A stretch of 60,985 bases of DNA, filler included, from Nemertoderma westbladi (taxonomy: Eukaryota > Animalia > Xenacoelomorpha), in the NCBI GenBank assembly GCA_032718475.1. It is 2 parts of 2 records of this genome, joined end to end, with 100 filler letters (N's around TTAATTAATTAA, not from the genome) between each part and the next. Parts side by side here need not be neighbours in the genome. Positions count along the whole stretch, not along the records: positions 29,643 to 60,985 come from JAUCBJ010007076.1; 1 more part is not named here. One strand, written 5' to 3'. The notes below the pieces were generated by a model, which saw only the letters and a list, made by a program, of their open reading frames with translations, was not told where the DNA came from and did not search any database. Below, in pieces: positions 51,207-60,985 of the stretch (its first letter is position 1; every line of letters starts with the position of its first letter). A program made the position numbers and the translations under genes.

Positions 51207-52463
51207 ATGCTCCATTTGCGCTCTCCACCTGGATGGAGATTCTACACATTGGTGAGTTTCCTTATCGCCTTCCAATTGATACCAGGTTGGTGTACCAACT
51301 TACTAGAGTCCTTCTTCCCTATTGTGGTACATCAACGTGGCTGGTCTAACGCAATGATTGGCGCTCTACTCTCTGCCTTCGCTTTAGTCAGATTGTTGAT
51401 CTATATTGTTTGCCCTCATGCAATCAGTAACTGGGGGACACGAATTTCTATGGGAGTGTTCGGAATTATAGGATCAATTTCCCTATTGGCGTTTGGATTT
51501 GTGGAATATATACCAATTAATGAGTTTGGGTTGTATATTTTCGCGTGTTTTTCACTTCGAATTATTGAAGGCATCGGTCTCAACATAAGTTATACATATT
51601 CCTACAATCTATTGGTAGAGTTGATGCCAAACCATAGAAGTTCTATAAGCGGCATCGTTCTTATATTTGGCTCTCTGGGTTACACTCTTTCACCAATCTT
51701 CGGTTCCGCCATTTACGTAAACTTCGGGTTTGAATATCCATTCGTAATTTCTGGTTTGATGTTTCTCCTAATCGTCCTTTACATCTGGTACGAGGCACCG
51801 GGTTATCTTCATGACAGATGCGAAAACTCCGAAGATCGTCCAACTTATATTGGAATCCTCAAGAATCCAGGAATTACAGTTATATATATTCTGGAATTAT
51901 TCGCATCGATTTTGGGGTATTTTACAATGGCTAACTATGCTGCATATGTCCATAACTACTACCATGCAAGTCAATATAACATTGGTCTCTACTTTATGAT
52001 TTTTCCTGTTCTTAAATGTTCTATTAGTATCTTGCTGACTGTTTTGCTGAATAGACTGACTACAATTTACCCAACTATAATTGGTATAATATTAATGACA
52101 GCATCCATGCACCTAATGGGCCCAACTGAAGCCTTGGGTATTCCATATTCCTTAACTATTTCTCTAATTGGAATGGCAATACATGGAAGTGGTGCTGGGA
52201 TGTTTACCGTTCCAGCATTTGAAACACAAGCTCGATTGGCAACAAATGTCTGCGGTTTCCGAGACAACGTAGATACAAGGGCGGTTCTCCAACAAGGTCT
52301 AAGAATAACATACTCTGTTGGTTATATGGTGGGGGTAGCGTTTGGGGGTCTAATAAATGATCTAGAAGGATTCCAAGTTGCTTCATCGATAATCAGTCTT
52401 ATTGGAATCCCATTTGTTTTTGCTTTGATTTGCTTATTTTTCTGTAACTACGTTAATGAGTAA
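51207..52463 (+). CDS. SLC18B1: MFS transporter, SLC18B1-like, single exon, copy A (418 aa)
   Basis: About 12 hydrophobic segments; motifs LLESFFP, LRIIEGIG, LSPIFGSAIY..FGFEYPF, LMGPT, GGLINDLEGF. Confidence 0.75.
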   Translation: MLHLRSPPGWRFYTLVSFLIAFQLIPGWCTNLLESFFPIVVHQRGWSNAMIGALLSAFALVRLLIYIVCPHAISNWGTRISMGVFGIIGSISLLAFGFVEYIPINEFGLYIFACFSLRIIEGIGLNISYTYSYNLLVELMPNHRSSISGIVLIFGSLGYTLSPIFGSAIYVNFGFEYPFVISGLMFLLIVLYIWYEAPGYLHDRCENSEDRPTYIGILKNPGITVIYILELFASILGYFTMANYAAYVHNYYHASQYNIGLYFMIFPVLKCSISILLTVLLNRLTTIYPTIIGIILMTASMHLMGPTEALGIPYSLTISLIGMAIHGSGAGMFTVPAFETQARLATNVCGFRDNVDTRAVLQQGLRITYSVGYMVGVAFGGLINDLEGFQVASSIISLIGIPFVFALICLFFCNYVNE

Positions 52464-52844
52464 CATTGACCTATTAAATGTAACAACTACATGATGTAAT
52501 CAATTAAAAAAACAATGGCAATTAAAGTCAGAGGATGGTTGAAGGTTTAATGCGTTATATTACAAAAAGCTGAGCCCAACAAAAAGTTATAATAATATGA
52601 AACCACTCACTCATTCACCCATAACACCAATAATAAATTGTAAATCTTCATGGCAGCTATATAAACTTACTAAAATCCTACGCTTTTGTATTGTAAGTTT
52701 ATCATATTAAATCTTATATTATTAACTCCAATAATTGTGAAATTTTGTCAGATAATTTCGATATGGTAAAGTTTACTTCCGGTTAATCACTCAGGATATA
52801 TCCAGAAACGATCTTTACCTGCGATCATTTTTAGAGCCAGCTGG

Positions 52845-52925
52845 TGCCGCTGAACTGGTTAACGCTACACTCACTGATGAGGTCTGATAGGCCGAAACGC
52901 GCGTCTAACGCTGGTTCAACCCGCG
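52845..52925 (+). ncRNA. Minimal hammerhead motif of Penelope-like type, stem I degenerate
   Basis: CTGATGA-GGTCT-gat-AGGCC-GAAAC-gcgc-GTC at 52874-52905. Proximal stem I pairs poorly; distal TGAACTGG/CTGGTTCA could pair. Confidence 0.6.
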
Positions 52926-53627
52926 GTGACGTACTTCCATATGAAATCGTATTAAAATACCATCATAATTAATTGTGACAATTTCGCTAACTTTGTGGAT
53001 TGAACGAACCACTAATAGTATTTTTAAGGTTGGAGTTTATTGCGAAAAATTTAATGTTCAGTGTTACATGTTATGTGGTGCTTCATCAGATTTCGACTGG
53101 GTTACATGATAGAGGAAACGGAATAAAAACAATAAGGGGAGCACGGTTCAAAGACAGGACAGTGGACCTACGATTCATCTACTATCCATCCCTATTACTA
53201 CAAATTCGAAATCCAATGTTTAAAAAATCCAAAATATCAGATCATAATGTGGAAATAGTTAAATAAATTTACATTGAAATACAAACACTTGGATTAAAAT
53301 TAAACTTAATTTGAAATAGGGTTGGTGCGCGAAAAAAATTGTTGGGATAGAAATAATAGAATAAGAGGTAACAAGGTGCCCTGAATCGAGTGTTTTTTTG
53401 TAAAAACACGTGGAAACGGTCGAAATGGCGGGTTTAAGTAAGCCCGGCCCGGGAAGCAAATTTTGAAAATCGGCTGTGATTGGCTGCTACAGATTTGACG
53501 TCACTACGCAGTGCTCTGATAATTTCTTATATTGGTTTCTATGGGGGGTGATTTTAGATTCGTTCCAATATATATTTAATCTCAAACATTTCACCCGAGG
53601 CTTATATCAATTGAAAGCGGAGAGTCT

Positions 53628-55460
53628 TGCGCGTCTTTAGACACTAGGCCCTACAATTAATTAAATTCATGATCATGAACATTGATAAAATACTGTTTGC
53701 CATTTTGCAAACGTGGTGGATTGCCTGACCCCGCATACAAGCACTCACCAACTCAGCCCTAGCCACCTATTACATTGCAGTATCGGAGTAGGCCTATTGC
53801 TGTATTGTTGATTAAGTTCATTAAGTTGAGTAAACCTACCGCTGTACCACTCTTAGGTCACCGCTGACCGGTACGCGTATACTACTAGGAACACCTACTT
53901 GCATGAACATCTGGGATTGGTTAATTAACTATTATTTGATTGGACGATGAAATCATGTAAGGAATGTGGAGAGGGGCCGAACTAGTGTAAGGGTTTTATA
54001 CTCAGTTGGCAGGTAGAAAGTGTTCCAAACGCTGTAAGGAATGGTGAAATTGGGTGAAATCATGAAAGGGTTATCTGCCTATTAAACGGTTCATTGCCAG
54101 ACGACACTAAAAAATATATACGAATAGCAGTATAGAGTATACATATATTTAGAGTGGAAATAATGTTGTATAAAGAATCGTTTTACACACCATTTACTCC
54201 TTGAATTTTCTGATCGAATATATTATAATAATAAAGTAGTTTTATTGGTAGTATTTAATATGGAAATTAATTCATTTTAAATTCATATTTAAAAGCATTT
54301 CACAATATACTGTATGTAAACATAAAAGCTCCAATGAAATAAATTCTTAATTTTTGTAATGTGCTTAAGCATTTGTTCGATTTGCATTTTTGTTTATCAA
54401 CAAGTTTCTAGAGCGTTTTTTAGCGCTTGAAGTCTTATCAGTACCGCAGGTTGGCCAGCAACACAGCACGCATCCGTTTAATGTAGTCTTTTGTTAATGT
54501 CCGTTTAGTGCAGTTGGATGGACACGAATAGCAGACCGACTATTCCTAACCAAATACTACTATAATAATCGGCCTGCTGCATTGAAACTGCACATTGAGA
54601 TGCTATGCCAGCTTAACAAAAACATCATGTTCATCAGCACCATGCAAACCACAATTGGCAAGCGTAATCGTAAGGCAGCATGCATTAAGAATACTATGCC
54701 GGCTTATCAACAAAGTTGCACCGCCATAACTCCATATCCCCCATGAATTTCGCGCGAGATTATCCGCATATTCAAGGCCGGTGTCCTTAAGAGGCGTCTC
54801 AAGAAAGTCATGGACTGTCCATCATGCTTATTTTCTCCATGGGGCTGCCAAAGCATAAGATTGGGCACTGGCTGGTCCTCACGGCAAAAACAATGTCATG
54901 CAAAGGAATGTATCCCTAGACACTAGTATAGCCAATGTTCCAATCGTTTTAGCTTACTCATGCAGCCCTGTACAACGCAATGTTATACTGCCTAGAATAA
55001 TATCACATGTTAGTCTAAGTCTACTCTTCTAATACTGTTGGTACTGTAATAACCCTTACATGAATTCACCCAATTTCTCCATTCCTTACAGCGTTTGGAA
55101 CACTGCCAACTGAGTATAAAAACCCTTACACTAGTTCGACCCCTATCTCCATTCCTTACATGATTTCAACGTCCAATCAAATAATAGTTCATTAACCAAT
55201 CACAGGCTACAATTCAAGATGTGTTCCTACTAGTAGTGTAAGGATTGGGAATACGCGACCGGTACACATTTCAACTTAATGAACTTCAGCTGCAATACAG
55301 CAATACTCCGATAATGCAATGCAATAGGTGGATAGGGCTGAGTGGTTGAGTGCATGCATCTGTAATCAGGCAATCTGCGAGTTTATAATTGTGAATTGAT
55401 TCATTTTATCAACGTTTATCACCATGAATTAAATTAATTGTAGTGTCAAAAGACGCACGC
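53628..55460. mobile_element. Foldback element with ~440 bp inverted arms, containing an RTE relic
   Basis: 53628-54075 is the imperfect inverse of 55053-55460. 54678-54902 matches the RTE 3' end on the minus strand. Confidence 0.75.
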
Positions 55461-57134
55461 TAGGGTGGCTAGTCCCTTTTAAACATTCTTGCCGAAACGA
55501 AAACACCTCCAAAGGGGTGACTGACGGATTTAACCACTATCACGGCGCCAGTAGTGGTTGGAATTATTTCAACTAACTTTTGAATACGCGGTTCTTATTG
55601 AATAATAGTTCAGTATAATATTAAGAATCCAAATTGAGTTAGCAGAATAATGTTTTGCATTATTTTTTAACACATCATCAATGAATATAATAGCATAGAT
55701 TGTAGGGACTGTAAGGACGGTTCAATTTTGATTCCCCCCCCCCCCCCCCCCCCCCCTTCTATGTTCTATCTGGATGGCCTTCAATTACAGTATATTATAC
55801 AGAATCAACTTTATAAGTAGTGAAAGATCTGTATATTAATGTTATACATTTACAAACTCGATACCCTTAATTCCACACAAATAAACGCCCCACAATTGGA
55901 ATATTATTTAAACGCTCCTTATAATAATATTATTAGTATAAATACTGTACTATGCACTGTATGCATTTTATATACTGTATATACATTATAAAAATATTGT
56001 ACCGTAAAGGACCCTAACACCGATCACCACGATTGGCCACAAAAAGCAATACGTCCTACAGTATAACAAACCAATTTAAAAGTGGCTTACATTTTATTGT
56101 CTAACACATACTCTCCTTTCCACTTTGTTACACTTTTTTATCTATTGTGCTGACTTCGATTTACACATGTCCACTATTGTGGTAACGGTTAGTAAAATAT
56201 GGCAAAAAGAATGACGCTAGAGGGCGTAAGAGTATTGATAATGTGTGTTAAAAAGTGTGCAATGTGAATTTTCCTAACCCTTCGTCAAATTGTCCGAAAA
56301 AAATTTGGCAAAATTCCAGACCATCTTTCAAAAATGTTAGCACAATTGGTTAGGGCAATTTCATGGTAGCACAATGAATGTAGAAAGAGTGCAAACAGTA
56401 AGCACAATGACAGTTTGGCACACTCACACATAATCTTATTTTTGACAACAGTAACTCATGTCAAACCACACACACATAATGCAGCGGCATGGCAGTTTTT
56501 GTGAGCCACCGTACGTCCTGGCAGTGAATATCTTGCCAACTCGCAAGCAATATTGTGCCCTTTGTATGCACAATGATTTCCGTATACATACTGTATTATA
56601 CCCTCCTATTGTACAACAACCCACCACCGTATAATATATTGCACCCATTTACAAACTTATATATTTTAAGTTTAACTGCAATATACGCATAACAAATTTT
56701 GTCTTAATTCACCGAAATAAATAAATAGGATTCGTTCTATTGTTTACATGATTCAGATAATTAGTTTGCACTCTCAGTCAGATAATTATATTACGTGACA
56801 GTGGGGGAACTTAAAGTAAATCCCATTTCGGCAAATTAATATCTCTTCTCAATGTTAAGTTATCAATTAAAGGAAAGGGACAGGTTATAGTGGCACTTTA
56901 TTTTCATCAAAACAATAAACGAAAATCAATAGAAGAGGTTAGACTTGTATTATTTTTTTATAGTAATCAGCTGTTATTTGCGTCGATTTCCCCTGGTAAG
57001 GGGTGGATTTTGATTGCGTCAAGAGACCCCCCCCCCCCCCCCCCATCTGCATTTTAGCAAAGGCATACATTTTAGTCGTTTATTAGAAATAGTTGAAAAA
57101 CACCACCTGTAAGAACTCGCAACATACTTGTTAA

Positions 57135-58403
57135 ATGAAGACATCAAGTGGGAACGATATTGTTCTACCCGCATGGAGATTCTACACATTGGTGAGTTTC
57201 CTTATCGCCTTCCAATTGATACCAGGTTGGTGTACCAACTTACTAGAGTCCTTCTTCCCTATTGTGGTACATCAACGTGGCTGGTCTAACGCAATGATTG
57301 GCGCTCTACTCTCTGCCTTCGCTTTAGTCAGATTGTTGATCTATATTGTTTGCCCTCATGCAATCAGTAACTGGGGGACACGAATTTCTATGGGAGTGTT
57401 CGGAATTATAGGATCAATTTCGCAATTGGCGTTTGGATTTGTGGAATATATACCAATTAATGAGTTTGGGTTGTATATTTTCGCGTGTTTTTCACTTCGA
57501 ATTATTGAAGGCATCGGTCTCAACATAAGTTATACATATTCCTACAATCTATTGGTAGAGTTGATGCCAAACCATAGAAGTTCTATAAGCAGCATCGTTC
57601 TTATAATTGGCTCCCTGGGTTCTACTCTTTCACCAATCTTCGGTTCCGCCATTTACGTAAACTTCGGGTTTGAATATCCATTTATAATTTCTGGTTTGAT
57701 GTTTCTCCTAATCGTCCTTTACATCTGGTACGAGGCACCGGGTTATCTTCATGACAGATGCGAAAACTCCGAAGATCGTCCAACTTATATTGGAATCCTC
57801 AAGAATCCAGGAATTACAGTTATATATATTCTGGAATTATTCGGAGCTATTTTAGGGTATTTTACACTGGCTAACTATGCTGCATATGTCTATAACTACT
57901 ACCATGCAAGTCAATATAACATTGGTCTCTACTTTATGATTTTTCCTGTTCTTAAAAGTTCTATTAGTATCTTGCTGACTGTTTTGCTGAATAGACTGAC
58001 TACAATTTACCCAACTATAATTGGTATAATATTAATGACAGCATCCATGCACCTAATGGGCCCAACTGAAGCCTTGGGTATTCCATATTCCTTAACTATT
58101 TCTCTAATTGGAATGGCAATACTTGGAAGTGGTAACGGGATGTTTAGCGTTCCAGCATTTGAGACACAAGCTCGATTGGCAATAAATGTCTGCGGTTTCC
58201 GAGACAACGTAGATACAAGGGCGGTTCTCCAACAAGGTCTAAGAATAACATACTCTGTTGGTTATATGGTGGGGGCAGCGTTTGGGGGTCTAATAAATGA
58301 TCTAGAAGGATTCCAAGTTGCTTCATCGATAATCAGTCTTATTGGAATCCCATTTGTTTTTGCTTTGATTTGCTTATTTTTCTGTAACTACGTTAATGAG
58401 TAA
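57135..58403 (+). CDS. SLC18B1: MFS transporter, SLC18B1-like, single exon, copy B (422 aa)
   Basis: Matches copy A from WRFYTL onward except for 15 residues; different N-terminus. Confidence 0.78.
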   Translation: MKTSSGNDIVLPAWRFYTLVSFLIAFQLIPGWCTNLLESFFPIVVHQRGWSNAMIGALLSAFALVRLLIYIVCPHAISNWGTRISMGVFGIIGSISQLAFGFVEYIPINEFGLYIFACFSLRIIEGIGLNISYTYSYNLLVELMPNHRSSISSIVLIIGSLGSTLSPIFGSAIYVNFGFEYPFIISGLMFLLIVLYIWYEAPGYLHDRCENSEDRPTYIGILKNPGITVIYILELFGAILGYFTLANYAAYVYNYYHASQYNIGLYFMIFPVLKSSISILLTVLLNRLTTIYPTIIGIILMTASMHLMGPTEALGIPYSLTISLIGMAILGSGNGMFSVPAFETQARLAINVCGFRDNVDTRAVLQQGLRITYSVGYMVGAAFGGLINDLEGFQVASSIISLIGIPFVFALICLFFCNYVNE

Positions 58404-58989
58404 CATTGACCTATTAAATGTTGCAACTACATGATGTAATCAACTAAACAAACAATGGCAATTATGTAAGGTGTAATATGTAATATGCAAGGTTTAATGC
58501 ATTATATTACATTACCTATCTCAGATCCTAATTACCAAAGTTTAGGTGCTCCTCACCCATTCGGATCGCATCTGTCAAATATGTAACTGTGGTGAGATGG
58601 AGGTCAAATATTTGGTCGCATTCCCTAAGTACGATCCATTGAGATCCAAATACATAGATTATCAATAGAAAGCCAATCTTTCAGGAAATCATGAATTTCA
58701 AATGGCTCCGAAAACCGAAGGACTATAACTCCACTCTAGCTAACTATATTATGTAGTCGGTGTAACAACCATATCTGCAACACTGCAATGAATTTATATG
58801 TGTTGTTTTATGTTTATGTTTGTATTTGTTTTGTGTTTGTATTGTGTTTGAATGAAAGTAAATGTTTATGGCAGCTATATAAACTCCCTCTCCTACGTTT
58901 TAAATCTTACATTTTTACATTCTTACATAATATTCTTATTATTATTATATATGTGTTATTGTGTTTATATTTCATAGTTCAATAAGTCT

Positions 58990-60962
58990 GGTCAGGTCCC
59001 CAGATCCTGCTACCACTATGGCAGTAATGATGTAAAAACATGTAGCTGTCAGCCCAGTATGGCAGGCCCGATAAGCACCAGTAGCCTATTCATTATTTAG
59101 TTGATCAAGAGTGGGTTGGTTTTAGCCCCGTCAACTAAATAAGTCATTGAGGGCTACAGCGCCTAGGGCACTATTGAAGGCAAAGGCTTAAGTACGCATC
59201 TGCAATATAGATGATACACGCCCCGCTCTGTCTAAACTGGACGCTCCTCTACCAGTGTTAGGTAACCTAACCCAGGAGGCACACTTGGTTCAGGGTGTAA
59301 CAAAAGGACCCCTACAGTCAGCAGCAGGGCTGTAGGCCATGGATAGGTGGAAGGTAATCAACCAACGGCTAGACATGCTGACAAGGTCGGTGGAAGGTAA
59401 TCAACCAACGGCGACCTACTGCGAAGACGCTTGTAGGAGTTGTGACCACAAGCGGTTTACTCTCACAACTGAAAGATATAAGTATGAGAACCCTCCAGGA
59501 GAAATACCAGCTCGGTCTTCACCCGGGTCAACAAGGACCGCGTTCCTCAGTGGTACACCAGGCTGGGGTCGATAAATCGGCTACTGGAACAGAAGACAGA
59601 GAAGAAAGAAGAACCAACCTGTTGAAATGTAAAAAGACACTAAAGATTGCTACAATGAACGCACGCACGCTGAAAGCACATAGCAAACAGGATGACATGG
59701 TCGCTCTGGCAATGGAATATAACATCAACATCATCTGCATCCAAGAACATCGGATTTGCCATGAAGACACTGCCATGAAGTACAATGACATTGGAAATGG
59801 ATGGATGTTAGTAACAAGCTCAGCAGTAAGAAACTCGGCCAATGCATCAATTGGTGGAGTAGGAATTCTGCTAAGCCCATTTGCACTTAAGACCCTAAAT
59901 AACATCGAATCTATAAATTCCAGATCACAACATTTGATAGGAATCCCAAGACAACAGTAATATGTTGCTACAGTCCAACCAATGCCTCAGAGCCTGAACA
60001 AGCAGTCAAGTTTTATGAAGATCTGACTGGACTTATAAAGGACATTCCGAAACACAATGTTAAAGTCATTGCTGGTGACCTGAATGCGCAAATTGGCCCA
60101 GAAGACATCAAGGGTTACACCTATAACACCAGTTCTTATAGAAATGGGTACTTACTTTTAGACCTAATGGAAGAATGTGAATTGATACCAACAAACAACA
60201 CATTCGAAAAGAGTAAGGGGAAGCTAAGGACCTTTCAATACCCTAATGGAACCAAAGCAAAACTGGATTACATCTTTATGAACAAAAAGTGGAGAAACAG
60301 CATGATCAACTGCGAGGCATACAGCTCGTTGAACCTAAATGGTTCGGACCACAGAATTGTGACTGCAGAGTTTGCGAGAGTTTGTGACTCAGTTTGAGAG
60401 CAAGCAAACTCAGGACAAGCAAGCAAATCAACTATGACTGGAAGAAACTAGGGACTGGGACTACTGCATAAGAACCAAAACGGATTTCGACCAAGTAGAT
60501 CAACAATAACTCAGATACTTGCACTACGGAGACTGATTGAATGAATTAAGTTAAAGAATCTCCCTGCAGTCATGACTTTTGTGGACTTCAAGAAGGCATT
60601 TGACTCCATACATAGAGGTAAAATGCTTGAAATCCTATGAGCTTATGGAATACCAGAAGTAATGTTGCTGGCATTGGATTGTTGTATTGTGACACAGAAA
60701 CACAGGTACTCTCACCAGATGGTGAAACTGAGTTTTTCTCAATCCTGGCTGGCGTACTGCAAGGTGTCACATTAGCACCATTACTATTTGTAATAGTACT
60801 GGATCAGGCAATGAGGACGGCCACAAAGGGTGAAGATCTGGGATTCATACTTCAAGAACGCAGAAGTAGTAGATATCCGGCAACTACAGTCACAGACACC
60901 GACTTTGCGGATGACATCAACCTGCTCTCTAATACTCTCTAATACGCCAGCAGATGCACAGT
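58990..60962 (+). mobile_element. RTE LINE with 5' region, APE endonuclease, an internal deletion and partial RT
   Basis: LKIATMNARTL, ICIQEHR, GGVGILL, CYSPTN, AGDLNA, LDYI, SDHRIV. It jumps near 60450 to RT sequence matching 39304-39790, ending at DFADDI. 5' boundary is approximate. Confidence 0.88.
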
Positions 60963-60985
60963 GTCATATATTGATATTATGTGCC

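Larger units (their letters stand above)
48663..51236. repeat. Segmental duplication, copy 2, running into the first SLC18B1-like ORF
   Basis: Near-identical to 41290-43826. Confidence 0.95.

Noticed and set aside
29643-60985. Upstream Cav2 exons (domain I, IIS1-S5)
   Set aside because: I looked for motifs such as LGMQLFGG on the minus strand by eye and found none; short exons could have been missed.

Overview
AT-rich animal (invertebrate) genomic DNA, split by an artificial N-gap with a TTAATTAATTAA linker at 29543-29642, so the two halves may not be adjacent. Left half: six minus-strand exons of a Cav2-type voltage-gated calcium channel alpha-1 gene (domain II pore to IIIS5). On the opposite strand are an intronless CLIP-170-like gene with a His-rich heptad expansion and a three-exon arylsulfatase B-like gene; both are probably nested in Cav2 introns. 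The most unusual structure is a 7.8 kb Cav2 intron built almost entirely from about 133 tandem copies of the upstream exon's last 33 nt plus its own GTAAGT splice donor. Another Cav2 intron carries a tRNA-headed SINE-like element fused to a minimal hammerhead ribozyme and a LINE-like tail. Right half: the first exon of an OxlT-like MFS gene, two near-identical intronless SLC18B1-like transporter genes (one with an N-terminus taken from a duplicated non-coding segment), a second hammerhead motif, and many nested LINE (RTE, L2/RTEX-like), MITE, foldback and minisatellite sequences. All calls come from reading the sequence by eye; no database searches were run.
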